Assembly: GCF_009914755.1 (NCBI RefSeq) | Contig: NC_060940.1 | Length of the DNA stretch: 64,000 nucleotides | Direction: 5' to 3' (one strand) | Source of the DNA: the human T2T-CHM13v2.0 reference genome, Homo sapiens | Shown: piece after piece, positions 29,586 to 45,645 of the stretch | Numbering within the stretch: the first letter of the stretch is position 1 | Layout: each line of letters opens with the position of its first letter | Program-made: the position numbers and the translations under genes | Notes under the pieces: generated by a model | The model's database searches: none | What the model saw: the letters and a program-made list of their open reading frames with translations, nothing else | Told to the model about the DNA's origin: nothing

Positions 29586-30184
29586 CCAACAGGGGACACC
29601 TCCTTGGTGAAGTCATCTCTCCTTTGTGTCAACATTATAACTTGTGGCTCAAGGAAGAGCTTCAGCGACCAATCTTTGTGTCTCTGAAAGTTGGCATAGT
29701 ACATGGCACACAGTGAATGTTCAGAAAATGTAGGATAGGTAAGCCAATGAATAAATAAAGTCAGTTTCTTCCCCCAATTGGAAGCTTATAAATCACATAC
29801 ACTTCAAAAAGGCTGGGGGATGTTGGTGTATCCTTTTTAATAATCAGGCAAAAAATGGTTTTTTATAGCCAGCCTTCAACCCCGGTCATAAGAGAAGTTG
29901 GCATCCACTTGTGAAAAGCAATTTGAGAGAGAACACTCAGTCCTGCTGTCTAAAAATATCTATCACCTATAACACCTGCAATCCCCAACGTTATCACCTT
30001 TAATGGGTTACATTGTAGAATATTACCTTTGCAGGCATCGTTGGGAACTAGCCCTTCCCTGGCAGGAAATGGAAGAAGTGTTGTCAGCTCCTAAAAGTTA
30101 ATATAAATATATACCGGGTTCTTTTCCAATATATTCTACAAAATTGCTGTATGACTTTAGGCAACTTCCTTTATCAGAACCCTA

Positions 30185-30509
<325 letters not shown>

Positions 30510-30510
30510 C

Positions 30511-30564
30511 TATATATATATATGTATGTATGTATAATTTTTTTGAGATTCTCTCTCTCTCTCT

Positions 30565-30602
<38 letters not shown>

Positions 30603-30609
30603 TTGGAGA

Positions 30610-30671
<62 letters not shown>

Positions 30672-30672
30672 C
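30511..30672. repeat. Compound (TA)n/(CT)n/T-run repeat with higher-order unit
   Basis: (TA)n-AATTTTTT(G)GAGA-(CT)n unit repeated about twice, then (TA)n and a T-run. Confidence 0.9.
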
Positions 30673-30744
30673 TGGGCCAGTGTCTGGGGTCTTCATCATT
30701 ATTATTATATGGTGTGCAATGAAATTAGAAAACTGCTATCTTAG

Positions 30745-31060
30745 ACCAGGTTAGAAACTCAAATATATGTAGGAATGAAGAAAGAGAACAATAAGAGCTG
30801 GGAGGGGAATTTGGCAAACTGGAAAGCTCACATCCTTCTGGAGGGAAGAGCCGCTGTTCAATTCCAGCTCACTGTTGCCACAAGGGAGGGTCAGCTCAGA
30901 GCTACCTGATCATCTGATTTTTAAACAGAAGCCAGAAATCCATGATTTTATGTAAAATATCCCAATTGCTTACTAAATCACCTGAGCAAACAAACAAAAA
31001 CAGTGTTGCCAAAACAAAACATCTACATGGACTAGATTTAATCTACCCATGAACCAATTT
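30745..31060 (-). mobile_element. MER102-like hAT fossil
   Basis: GGCAAACTGGAAAG..TCCAGCTCACTGTTGCCA..AGAAGCCAGAAATCC. Confidence 0.6.
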
Positions 31061-31164
31061 CTGGGAGGTGGGGAATGGAAGTGGGCTCAACCTGTATCAC
31101 ATGTCCACCTCCCTTCTCATGGTTCCTTAAGTCACAATCGAAAGAAAGCAGACAAAAGCTACAG

Positions 31165-31492
31165 GTGGGCGGGGTGCAGTGGCTCACACCTGTAATCCCA
31201 GCACTTTGGGAGGCCAAGGTGGGTGGATCATCTGAGATCAGGACTTCGAGACTAGCCTGGCCAACATGGTGAAACCTCCCTCTACTAAAAATACAAAAAA
31301 TTAGTCGGGCATCATGGCAGGTGCCTGTAATCCCAGCTACTTGGGAGGCTGGGGGAGGAGAACCGGGAGGCTTGAACCAGGAGGCAGTTGCAGTGAGCCG
31401 AGGTCGCGCCATTGCACTCCCACCTGGGCAACAAGAGCAAGATTCCGTCTCAGAAAAAAGAAAAAAAACCACAAAAACAAAACAAAGAAAAA
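31165..31492 (+). mobile_element. Alu
   Basis: Dimer with small internal duplication (GAACCGGGAGG/GAACCAGGAGG). Confidence 0.95.
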
Positions 31493-32094
31493 CTTCAGGT
31501 GTCTGCTACAAGGCACAAATCAAAAAGACTAATACCACTTGAGCTTCCTACTGTTTTTTTTTTCCTTGAGTCATGCATTATTTAGCTTGAAATTGGTTGA
31601 TTTGAAAAAGAGCCCCTATACCTATTATAAGCAGATCTTCCCTTACCCATATAAGATTTCTGTAGCCTATTTCCAAGAAGGAGGCAGCCATTAATGAACC
31701 GTGTGTTCCCACCTCTGGGTCTTGCCAGCCATAGAGCAATTCTGCTCAAGGAGACCCTGGTTCACTTCTCGGTAATTCTGACTTCTCAGGGACCGGCTTT
31801 TGTTTATTTTCCTTCCTCCCAAGCATACATATTTCATCTGGCAGCTTTTCCACATCAGCAAAATCTGTCGTGCCAGCACCAGATTCCTCTTGTGCACAGG
31901 CTCCATCCTGATTAACTCTATTTATATAATTTATTTTGGTTGCCCGTTTCCCGTTTGGGAGATCGATACAAATTTAAATGAGAAGCAAGAGTATTTACAG
32001 CCACTTCAAGCGTTGATCAAACACAGGCCAGGATGTGGATGTTCTGCCTTGGAGATGAGTCCCTCTGTGGGATCATCTTGGTATCATCTCACAA

Positions 32095-32235
32095 ATGGAG
32101 AGAAATGGAGAAGGAGAAAAGGAAGCAGACAGAGGACGGAAAAAGGGAGGGAGGAAGAAAAGAAGGAAAGGATGGAGGGAGGAAGAAAGGAAGGAGAAAA
32201 GAGAAGGCAAGAAAAAAAAAAGGAAAAGAAAAGAA
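32095..32235. repeat. GA-rich low-complexity tract
   Basis: Directly visible. Confidence 0.85.
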
Positions 32236-33184
32236 GTGGCTAGACTAGTTTTCCAGCTTTCCAGCTCAGTTGGCAAATACCAAGCACTTTTAGCCTTCGG
32301 CTCAACTTTTATACACATATCTGCATGCTGAGACGTGTCTAGAAGTAAGTCACCAAAGTTTTTGCTTATATTAGTTCCCAAGTAAAGCAGAAGACGCTGC
32401 CAGCTTATTTGTGCATGAGTTTTTAGCTGTCAATGCATATTTCAAACAGCAGGCAGGAACTGACTGCATAAATCAAGCTCTGCGGGGATCTGCTGCCCTT
32501 CACCAGGCTGGTGTGTGATCCAGGATGTGATTTGATTTTTGGGCTTTCTCCTTAGCAGAGGCCAGCTCAACGGCCCAGCCTTCATGATCTGGACCAAATT
32601 GTGTGTATTTCGGGGGGTGGAGTAGCGCATCCTTTTGTTGAGCTGGCACTGCCTCCTTTTCTTTAGTTCTCAGTTTGGACACTGCCTGCTATTTCTTTTT
32701 TTTTTTTTTAAGAGGAGGAGGTGGCTGTAAAAAGTGTTTCTCCAAGAGACCCATGTGGTCAAGGAGCGGAATGAGGAGTGAGTCAGGAGGCCTTTGTCAT
32801 GGTTTGACTCTGACTTTCTTAGAATGAACTCAGTCCTATTATTCTCTACCCAGAGCCAACTGTAGCATCTCCACCCATGGGGAAGGCTATGGTTTATTTA
32901 ATCAACAGAACTGGTCCATTTGGCTCTCCATTGGTCCATTCTGATGTACAGAAAACATGGATCTGTACATCAATCAGATACAAAAATCAATTCTGAATAG
33001 ATTAAATATGTAAATGTATACAAGAAATAGGAAAGAAAGTAAGAGGCTCTATATATAAAGAGTTGTTTTTATATGGTCTTTGGTTGAACAGATCTTAAAG
33101 GACCAGGATGGGGGAAGACCTTCCTAATCTAGACAGAAAGTCCAGAAGCTATGAAATAAATGGTTCACAAACTGATTACAAACA

Positions 33185-33668
<484 letters not shown>

Positions 33669-33702
33669 ACTGATTACAAACAATGTATTTTAAGATCTGT
33701 TA

Positions 33703-34098
<396 letters not shown>

Positions 34099-34350
34099 TT
34101 AATATTCCTAATAACTAAAGGGTTCCTAAAAACTGAAGGAAGAAGATAACCCAGCTTAAAATTGGAGAAAATATATGACCCGGTAATACATTAACGGGAA
34201 GCCATGAAAACACTTACCCCAATCCACTGATGAGTGGAAAAATGGAAACTAAGGCACCTATATGGCACCATTTTTCTCCCATTAGTGTGGTAAAATGTTT
34301 AAAAAATTAATAATCTCCTGTGCTGGTGAGGATGTTGCAAGGGAAATGGC

Positions 34351-34664
34351 CGTGGTGCAGTCAAGAGTAGGCTGAGGTAAACATGCGGCACAGCATGACG
34401 CAGTGGAATTGGAGTGCAGGCTCACAATCCCGTGCATTACATAATCACAGTTATGGAGCCATGTTATGGGAGGGCTCATCACCTGTCTCTGAGCCACTTT
34501 TGTTCGTGAGGTGCATAAATACATCACTAACACTGTGAGAGGGGGGTCGCATAATAAAGCCATCTGTCACCTGCCTAAAGCTCCCTCCAACTCAAGTGGT
34601 CTTTCAACTACCCACCACCTGTCCACCAACTCCCCTTGATCTCAGCTTGGGTTGGAACCTGACA
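34351..34664 (+). mobile_element. Short solo LTR, probably ERVL class, family unassigned
   Basis: Interrupts L1; CATAAATA box, AATAAA, terminus GGAACCTGACA. Confidence 0.5.
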
Positions 34665-34926
34665 GATGTGGAGAAATGGCCATGACAGCAACAAATGGCT
34701 GAAACTGCAAATTTATTTTGCAACATAATTAATGCAATATGTATTAAAATTCAAAAGATTCTTATCATTAAGCCAGCAATTCCCTTTTTTGAAGCAGGTA
34801 CAGGAGAAATAAAAGCTATACAGAGGTTTATTTGTACAAGGACATGTATGCATATTGTAGCATTGTTTATGGTGTCCCCTTCCAAGGAGAGAAAAGGAAA
34901 GGAAAAGCAAGACGGAGCGGAGGCAG

Positions 34927-34968
<42 letters not shown>

Positions 34969-35224
34969 GGGGACAGAGAGAGACGGAGACAGAGACAGAG
35001 AAGAAAACTGGAGACATTCTCAACAAATATTTAGAATAAATTAAAAGCAATAAGCATTAATAAAATAGGATAAATATTTGAGATAACTGATGTGGTCATT
35101 TAGAGGAATAAGTCAGATCTATGTGTACTGTCATGGAAGAACAGCAATGATTTGATAGTAAGTAAAATGCAAAAAATAACCCACAATCGCAAAGCAATAA
35201 CAAAAAGTACAGGGTAACAGACTT

Positions 35225-35445
35225 AGCTTAGGTTAGTTCATGGTACTGAGAATGAAGTTTCTAAGGCCAGCCTACTTGGATTCAATTCTCTCCTTCGGTT
35301 GTTAGCTCTGCAAGCTAATTAACCTCTCTGTGTCTCGGTCTCCTCATCTGTCAACTGAGAAAATTACTGGGGCAATTAGATGAGTTCATCATGTAAAGTA
35401 CTTAGAGCTGTGCCTGGTAAGCTTCATCATCATACTCTTACTATT
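35225..35445 (+). mobile_element. MIR
   Basis: TTAACCTCTCTGTGTCTCGGTCTCCTCATCTGT..ATGTAAAGTACTTAGAGCTGTGCCTGG. Confidence 0.75.
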
Positions 35446-37166
35446 GAAAGGGTGCTAATACAGCTGATAGCCTGCAGTTAGGCAACCTTGGGGCTCTAGT
35501 CATTGCCAGAACACTGAAGTATTTTCACACCAGCTGGTAAAGACTGTCCCCCACTATTCTGATTATTCTAGGCCCTTCCCTAGGTTCAACCCCTTACTCC
35601 AGGCATCCCCATGGTCTAGCAAATAAAGGTTTAATACCTTGGCTTCCCAGTGGTCTCCAGATTCCAACTCCAGCCTAAGGCTTAGACCCCCTGCCAATCT
35701 GGCTTTGAATTCTGCATATCACCTCTAACAACAGGGATGTATTACCTGTGTACATTTTTGAAAACAATCAATAAACTATAACAGGGAATATAATGCAAGC
35801 CTACATTTCTGCATCTTGGTGGCATTCACCAAAGCCAAGCCTGGCTTCTGTGATTTGCAAATGGCTGCCTTCTCCTCCTCCACCCTTCCCTCACAGAGGG
35901 AAGTAATTCAAATTACTCTCTACCTGAAGCTAGCATGGTAAATAATTGAACCTCTAAAAGAATATAAAGGCTTAAAAAAAAAAACTCTTAAATATTACCT
36001 ACACAGGTTTTACTGCAACCTACAGGGTGTCTTCCTCAAATTCACTGCTCAAAATCTCTTGAGCCCCAGAAGTCTTTTAGAATAATACCAGGAAATGAAT
36101 ACCCACCTGGTAATGCATTATAATTTCTAGGTCTGGCTGTGATGGAAGCCAAGTCCAGGTTTGTACAAGTTGGAAAAGAATAAAATGTCCCTGGTTACAA
36201 ATAAATAGCTGTGCCAATAACAGACTTTAATGTACTATATCCCCAGAAGCCTGAGAGGAGAGAAATGAGCAGGACGATGAGATAATCGGTCTAAAAGGGC
36301 AAATCAAGCCCCTCTAAGCTGGCTTTTTTTATAGGTGGGCTTGTAAAATAGGGGTGGAGAAACTTCTGCTTCAAAAGCAAGAACAATGAAAATGAAAGTT
36401 GCTATTTCAAGACTGAAAATATGTGCTCAGGCTACAGAGGATACTCTCCCAGGGCCCATTTCACAGGTGAGGAAGCTGAGGTGCAGGACAGTTAACTCTC
36501 TTGCCCACAGGTCTGAAAAGCAATAACATTTGTTGAGCAGGGTGTGAAAGCAGGTGCCTCTGTCACTACAGTTCACAGAAGTCTGTAAAATGAGACATAT
36601 CTGTCTCGAGACATAGGGACACAGAAAGATGGTGAGAGAGACAGGTTTATGACATGTTTTGTGATCGGATTCATTTGCCAGAGCCTCTGAATTAAAGATT
36701 AGACCAGTTTCATGGCTAGCTCATGTCAGGTCTGGATTCATTTAGGGCTGGCTGGTTGGTTTGTTGATTTTGCAGGGCTGAGTCCCTTCCCATCAACATA
36801 CACACGTACTCCTGCCTTGTTCAGGCCACCTTTACCTGCTCTTTGATGCTGCCTATGCAGCGAGTGAGTTAGAGGTGAAATTGCTGCTAACTACTAAGAG
36901 TCCCTGCCCCCTTGCAACTGACAACAGATGACACTGAAATGAAAGGGAGGAAGGGAAGACCTCATGAGTTCCTGGTGCTTGTGGAAGGAGGAGATGCATT
37001 ATAATTATATTTATACAAGGCAGCGATACTTCACCTCCTGAAATCGTTAGGCAATGTTTTGTTTATATGCTCCTATGTTCTGGGGGAGGATTTTCTGGGG
37101 AGAGCCTCCCTCAAATTCTCAAAGGGATCTGTGGCACCAAAGAGGTTAAAAGTCGATTGTCATGGG

Positions 37167-37524
37167 TGTATTAGTCTGTTTTCACGCTGCTGATAAAAAC
37201 ATGCTGGGTAATTTATAAAGAAAAAGAGGTTTAATGGACTCACAGTTCCACGTGGCTGGGGAGGTCTCACAATCACAGTGGAAGGCGAAAGGCACGTTTT
37301 ACATGGCAGCAGCAAGAGAGAACAATGAGAGCCAAGCAAAAGGGGAAACCCCTTATAAAACCATCACATCTCCTGAGACTTACTCACTACCACGAGAACA
37401 GTATGGGGGAAACTACCCCCATGATTCAATCATCTCCCCCTGGGTCCCTTCCACAACACGTGGGAATTATGGGAGCTAAATTCAAGATGAGGTTTGGGTG
37501 GGGACACAGAGCCAAACCACATCA
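37167..37524 (-). mobile_element. THE1 (THE1B/C-like) MaLR solo LTR
   Basis: TGTATTAGTCTGTTTTCACGCTGCTGATAAA...GGGGACACAGAGCCAAACCACATCA. Confidence 0.93.
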
Positions 37525-37986
37525 CATAGGGTCTGTAAATCAAATATGTCCGGATAGTCATCCCCATTCAGTCCTTCTTTCATTCAACACATAATGAGCT
37601 CCTACTATGTGCACATCAGGGTCAGGTACAGGGATTACACTGGTGAATCCTTCCTTCATGGACCTTATATTTTAGTTGGGGACACAGACATTAAAGAATT
37701 CATCCGGTGACTCATGGATATGATGGTGTTAGGAGCTTCAAAAAGCAAGGAGGAAGTGAAATGAGGACCTATTTCCTAGTACACTCTGGGTTAGGGAAGA
37801 CTTCCTTGATATAGTGATATTTAAGCTGAGCTCAGAAGCATGAGCAGTTAGTGGGGAGGGGAGGGTTGCCGGAGGAGTGTTCTAAACCCTGGGTGCCCAG
37901 GGGGATCTGCAGACCAGCAGCATCAGCAATGTCTGGGAACTCATTAGACGTGCAGATGCTCAAGCCCTGCCTCAGATGTAATATGT

Positions 37987-39190
<1,204 letters not shown>

Positions 39191-39445
39191 AAAGTCCTAA
39201 TTTTTAACAAGATCCCTAGGTGATTGATATTTGCACTGGGGGCTGAGAATTGTTCCTCTGAAGAGAGGCAGGAGTATTTGAGGAACTGTAGGAAAACTGG
39301 TACTCCTGAAACTCAGAAAGAGGAGGAGGTGGGGGAGATGAGGCTGGAGAGGCAAGAGCAGAGACATCAGATTCTTGTAGCCATGTTAAGAATAAAAGAA
39401 ATATTTGAGGGCAAGTGAATGATTATGCTTTTGGCAAGAACTTTT

Positions 39446-39903
39446 TTTAAATTAAATTAAATTTTTTAAGTTCCAGGGTGCATGCATATACAGGATGTGC
39501 AGGTTTGTTACCTAGGTAAACATGTGCCATGGTGGTTTGTTGCACCTATCAACCCATCAGCTAGGTATTAGGCCCAGCATGCATTAGCTCTTTTTCCTAA
39601 AGCTCTCCCTTTCCCACCTCCACCCTCCCCCAACAGGCCCCAGTGTACGTTGCTCCTCTCCCTGTGTCCATGTGTTCTCATTGTTCAGCTCCTACTTATA
39701 AGTGAGAACATGCAGTGTTTGGTTTTCTGTTCCTCCATTAGTTTGCTGAGGATAATGGCTTCCAGCTTCATCCATGTTCCTGCAAGGGACATGATATCAT
39801 TCCTTTTTATGGTTGCATCATAGTATTCCATGGTGTATATGTACCACATTTTCTTTATCCAGTCTATCACTGATGGGCATTTTGGTTGATTCCATGTCTT
39901 TCA
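39446..39903 (-). mobile_element. 5'-truncated L1PA with TSD
   Basis: GTGCCATGGTGGTTTG.TGCACC..CCCCAACAGGCCCC; TSD GCAAGAACTTTT at 39434-39445 and 39904-39915. Confidence 0.92.
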
Positions 39904-40479
39904 GCAAGAACTTTTAAAACTCTAATTTGGTAGCTTGGGCTATGGGGTTTATATGTAGAATGACTGAGGGAACCAGCTTTTGTTTGTGGTCGCCTATCCC
40001 TCCTTCTGCACATTCCACGCTTCATCTCTGTTTTCTCATCTGTAAAATGGGGATAACAAGTCCTCTCTTGCGCAGTCCTTGGGCTGGTTGAATAGATTGT
40101 TCCCTATAATGCACATATGTCAGGTCCAGTGCATAAGAAGTATTAACAAATGAGTTTACTTCTCATTGTTTCAAGAAATATTTGTTCCAATTATTTATTC
40201 TAAGCCCTGAAATAGGAGCTGGAGATGTTACACTGAACAAGATGTGACAGCCTCAGGGAGCCCAAAATCACTCTGGGGAAACTAGGACTCAAATAGATGA
40301 TATGATAGATACAATAACAGGCAAAGTACAGGTGCCAGTAAGAATGTACCAAAGATGGGTAACAGAATCCAGGGAGCCTGTCCAATGCTTCACAGAGGAA
40401 AGGATATCGAGGCTGATGCCAAAGAATGAGTTGAAATTAGCCAGACAAAGAAAAGGAAGGTCTGCACATGGCAGACCCT

Positions 40480-41420
40480 ACTTGACATCTACAACATCCA
40501 GAAGCAACGAGGGATAGCTATCTAGAATATACAAAGAACTCCTCTAAATTAGGAAGAAAACAGAGTAAACCCAATGGAAAGATACAAAAAAAATCATCAT
40601 CAGATGATTCAGATATGGAGAAACCTAAATGGCTCTATGACCTATGAGGAGATGCTCAACCTCTTTAATAACCAGAGAAAAGCAAATTATAACAAGGCAC
40701 CACTTCCTACCCATCAGAATGACAAAACAGTAGAAAGATGGCAAATGCCAAGAAGCATGAAGCTGTAAGCTCTCCTTTCTTACTGGTGCGAATGTAAACT
40801 GGCAACACCATTTGGAAAAGTTATCTGGTGAGTCTTGGTCAACATAAGTATGTGTGTGCCTTACTGCCTATTAATCTCTCTCCTAGGTATATACCCTAGG
40901 GGAATGCTCACATACTCATAAAAGGATGAATTTAAGGCATCAACTTTCTTTGTAGCATCAAGAAGTTGCAGGCAACTCAGGTGTCCATCATTAGGGGATT
41001 GGCTGAGTAAAGTGTGACAGATGCACATTATAGAAAATCAAACAGCACAAGGAAGTCACAAGCAATTTTATAGAAAGCAAATTATACAGAAAGCAATTTG
41101 GATAGATCGTCAAACAATGCGGAATGAAGAAAGCCTCAGAATGGGGTTTCCAACACAGTGCTATTTATGTTAATTAAAAACACTCACCATCAAAGTAACT
41201 CTGCATATTTTATAATATTTACAAACACATGTCTAACACATGAGAAAGGGTTCCCCTAGGGGAAGAGAAATGAAATGGGGACTAGGTATATAGAGGAAGA
41301 AATAAATGAATAGTAAAACAAGACAATAATTGACCATATATGATGATGCACCATAGGCTAGGAAATTTGACTAGCTCAACTTATGCTTCTGAGATCCAAT
41401 AAATAAACAAAGTATCAATT
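40480..41420 (+). mobile_element. Old L1ME-like 3' fragment
   Basis: TATCTAGAATATACAAAGAACTCC, GATGCTCAACCTC, CCTAGGTATATACCC. Confidence 0.7.
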
Positions 41421-42269
41421 AAAATGGAAGTGTTTCAGGCAAAGGGAATAATGTGCAATTTGCAGAAGTAATGGAGGACATGATACATTCTGGAATGGAG
41501 AGAGATCAGTAGAATTGGGACAAATAACATAAGGCAGGAAGTGTTAAGGAAAGACCAGACATGAAGAACCCTAAAGCTATACTAAATAATCAGGATTCAG
41601 CCCAAGGGCAGTAGGGAGCCATTGTAGTGACATGATTGTGTTTTTAATCTTGCTCCAAGCTCCAACAATGAGAAAATAAGCCATTCCGCTGAGTCAGAAG
41701 CGCATGACATTTCTCAGTATTCATGTGGCATATTTATCAAGTATTAATGAAATAAGCCTTGAGCATCTTAGCACCCAACTCATGAACCTCATTTTTCCCC
41801 CCTTTTATACCAATTATGAGATAGTCATCGACACTTTCACCAATAACCAGGCAACATACAGAACCACATTTACTATTTGACCTTGGGCAAAGTCATCTGA
41901 ACTCCAAATATGAGTTGCCTTAATTTCTTTATCAGTAACAAGACCACAAGCATTTCCTATATCCAGTAGCCACTGGAATCAAACAGAAAGTGATTTTACA
42001 TCTTCAAAATAACCTTATGAGATAGATAGTATTCACATTTTATAGGAAGAAGAAACCAATATGGAGACAGAGATGTTAAGTAATTTGCCTAAGGTCATTA
42101 ACCATTAATAGATGCAGAAGCACGCATTTCTGTTTACAGACTGTTTAAGAGTCTATTCTGCGAACCACACCTCATGGTACCACCCTTAGATGGTAGTGCT
42201 TCCTTCAAAGTTTGTAGCATTGGAAGACCTTCTGCAAACAGTGTGTTTGGCAACACTGGAGCCTAGAAA

Positions 42270-42620
42270 TCAATCTCAAATGAATGGCCTCTGAGCTACT
42301 TTGGGACTGTATACGTGTTTTCTTTAACCCAAGTAATTTTCTTTTTTAAATTCTGTATAATAGCCTATATTTTGAAATCTGAAGATTTTACGTAGAAATC
42401 CAAAATTTTGGTTTCTGGTGAAAAGTTGGGAAATTTGCCAAGACTGGGCTCCCATTCCCTTTCAGAAAAATCCACTGGAGCTGAGTAGCAGCTACACATT
42501 TAGAGAGGGCATATGCTCTCCAATTTTCCACAGTCCCCACCCCTCCCTAATACACTAAGCTCATTTCTCTCATTCCCATTAACTGCCTAGGCCTAATGGA
42601 ATTCAATGTTATGACCTCTG
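42270..42620 (+). mobile_element. MER102-like hAT fossil
   Basis: CTGGAGCTGAGTAGCAGCT..CCACAGTCCCCACC..GACCTCTG. Confidence 0.7.
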
Positions 42621-43446
42621 TTGTAGGGAATAAATAGTCTAATCACCGAGAGGATGGGACGAGCCAAGGTTTTAAAAATCCAAAGCTTGATCTATCTCAG
42701 AATGAAAATGAAAATTAAAATCTTTCTGGAGATTTATCTTCCTGGTCTCAATTCTCATTGGTCTTTTCCCCCTTTGACCTTTAATTTCATTTATTATGAA
42801 ACAGCCAAGTGGCACAACAGAAAATACCATCAAAATGTGAGCACTGGGGTTGTTCCTTCAGAAGCTGAATGTTAGGCCTGGCTTTTCCAATAACTCTCTA
42901 TTCATTCAAATCTAATTACAAAATGATTTTTAATCATTGTGGAATAAATTCACTCTTCACATCTAGAAATGTTAAAGCCCTAATTTAACAGCAATAACCA
43001 AAAAAAAAAAAAAAACACCCTCTAATGGATTTGCACTAAGAAGCAGAACATGGCCTGTGTTGTCAGATGTTCAATAATTTAACTGCAAATGAAGTGTGTA
43101 AAATACAATATTTGTGTCATAAACCACCCAGCTTGTCACATAATAGATTTTTGAAGAGTCATGTTTCACGGCACTGAGCAATGTTATGTTGGAATGGTGG
43201 AGTAGCCAAATTGAGGTTTAAAGGTTCCATTTGCTTATGCAGAAAGTGATTGAGTCTCACTTCACCCAGTGACAGGAAGCATGGAAATACAGTGTCTCTG
43301 GATCTTACCATTTCAAAGCAGTGGCTGGAATTCATCCTTCCAGCTAGATAACGTAACTCATGTTCAACCTTCCCTATGTTACAAGATGTATTTTGGATTA
43401 CCTTACAAGTCTAGTGGGATATTGTGGTTCCTTTGCTATCACAGGC

Positions 43447-44004
43447 CATGGTAGGCAGAACAATGTCCTCCCCACCATCCCATCTTAAAGATGTCCATGT
43501 TTGAATCCCTAGGACCTGAAAATACATTGGGTGGCCTGGAAAAGGGGGAATTAAAGTTGCAGATAAAATTAAATTGCTAATCGGCTGACCTGAAAACAGA
43601 GATTATTCAGATGGGTCTGATGTAATCACAAGGATCCTTAAAAGTAGAAGGAGGAGACAGAAGAGGCAAGTCAGATGGAGATGAGATTATGGCAGGTCAG
43701 GGTGATGCAATGTGCAAAGAACTTTACTTTCCATTTCTGGAAGGAGCACTGACTTTCCATTGCTGGAAGGAGGATGGGTCCACAAGCCAAAGAATGCTGG
43801 TGCCCTCTAGAAGCTGGAGAAGGCCAGGAAACATTATTCCCTAGAGCCTCCAGAAGTGCAGCAGCCCTGTCAACACCTTGCCTTTAGCCTAGTAAGATTT
43901 TTACTGGACTTCTAAGCTTCATGACTGTCAGGCTAATACATTTGTGTTGCTTGAGCCACTTAGGTGGAGGTAATTAGCTGCAGCAGCAATAGAAAACTAA
44001 TACA
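43447..44004 (+). mobile_element. MLT1D/E-like MaLR LTR
   Basis: GGTAGGCAGAACAATG..AAAGATGTCCA..CTAGAAGCTGGA..GCAATAGAAAACTAATACA. Confidence 0.85.
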
Positions 44005-44736
44005 TTGATACCAAAGCCATATCTGTGGGAAAATAACAGAGGAATTAGAACACTGCCTTCTTTTGCTCAAAATTAGTAGACTAAGATACAAACAAATGAT
44101 GTTACTATATTTCTTCAATTTTACTATGCATATTCGTTTTTCAAATTATACATTTCTCACATTAGGATTTATCTCACAATTGAAGAATACATTGAATAGA
44201 GTGCTCTTCCCCAAGTCCTTTCAGCAAAATTGAAAGCTGTCACTAAATAGACTGTACGTTGTACAATCTTGAGTACCCCAAAATGACACAAAAAGTGTTC
44301 ATCTTAAGGAGTGAGCAGGTGAAATTCAATTCAACAAGCATTGATTATCTTGTTAGTACCAAGCACGCTGCTAAACACTGAGGTAGGCCAGACATTGTTG
44401 TTTTTGTGACTTTCACAGGCAAATGGAACAATGACCTATACATGATAAATTAAAACAAAAACTCAGACTGATGCTATGATTAATTCTCCAAATGCAAAAT
44501 GCTGTGAGGTCAGGGCCTGTGCCTGCCTAGTTCATTTCCAAGTCCCCTGTATCTAGCATAGACATGGCCTAGCACAGGGTAGGTATTCCTTTGAATGATT
44601 GTCTAAGTGCTTTACATGCTTTATCTTATTTCCTACCAGGTGGATTATATGGTGTCTTCATTTTACAACTGAGGGAACTAAGTTTAGAAAGAGTAATTCA
44701 TTTCCCCAAAGTCACACAGCTACTAGCAGCTTAGAC

Positions 44737-44965
44737 CAGGGCTTCTCAGCATCGGCATCATTGATATTTGAGCTGGATCATTCTTTGCTGGGGGCAAGGG
44801 GCCACCCTGTGCATTGTAGGATGTTTGGCAGCATCCCCTGGCCTTTAGTCACCGGATGCCAGTAACACACTCTACTCCACTTGGAACAGTCAAAAATGTC
44901 TTCAGATGTTGCTGAATGTCCCTGAGGGGAAAAGGGCAAAATTGCCCCCAGTTGAAAACCACTGG
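44737..44965 (-). mobile_element. MER20
   Basis: CTGTGCATTGTAGGATGTTTGGCAGCATCCC..AAAATTGCCCCCAGTTGAAAACCACTG. Confidence 0.88.
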
Positions 44966-44997
44966 CTTAAGCAAATGGGCATTAATATTCTAAGTAT

Positions 44998-45565
44998 GTG
45001 TGCTTTTAAAATAACCTCCACAAAATCTCTGATACTCTCCTTTTAGAGAGTTGGAGCCCAATTCCTACCCTATTGAGTATTGAGAGAACTTAGTGACTTG
45101 CTTCTAACTAATGGAATGTGGCAGACACAAAAGGTACACACACGATTAGGCCATAGAAGGCATTTTGGCCTTCTCTTTGTCCTCTCTCTTGAATTGCTGG
45201 TTCTAGGGGAAGTTAACTCCCACATCATGAGAATATATAAACAGACCTAAAACTCTACATGGTGAGGAACTGAGGCCTCTTGCCTACAGCCAGTGAGGAG
45301 CCAAGCTACACAATCTGTTGCTATGGAGTAAACTGTCATGGGAGAAGTGCCTCCAGTCTTGGTTCCCAGTTGAACCTTCAGATAAGTGACATCCCCAGCT
45401 GGCTGATGTCTTAACTGCAATCTCATGTGAAACCCAGAGCCAGAGCCACCCAGCTAAACCACTCTTGGATTCCTGATGCTCGGAAACTGAGTGAGATAAT
45501 AAATATTTGTGTTTTAAGCTGCTGAGCTTTGGGGCATGTGTAATGCAGCAATAGATCACAAAGAC
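44998..45565 (+). mobile_element. MLT1F/G-like MaLR LTR
   Basis: GTGACTTGCTTCTAAC..GAGGAACTGAGGCC..TTTTAAGCTGCT..GCAGCAATAGAT. Confidence 0.8.
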
Positions 45566-45645
45566 GAAAATGAATGACCTATTGAGGGAAAAAGTAAATG
45601 GTCCAGAATGACTGGTGTGTGGGGTGCATGGCAGAGGAGGGCGCA

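Noticed and set aside
37252-37265. PRDM9 hotspot 13-mer in THE1
   Set aside because: Minus strand reads CCTCCCCAGCCAC, lacking the T at position 7 of CCNCCNTNNCCNC
43726-43772. 26-bp-period tandem duplication in the MLT1 LTR
   Set aside because: Real, but an ordinary slippage duplication with no further implication
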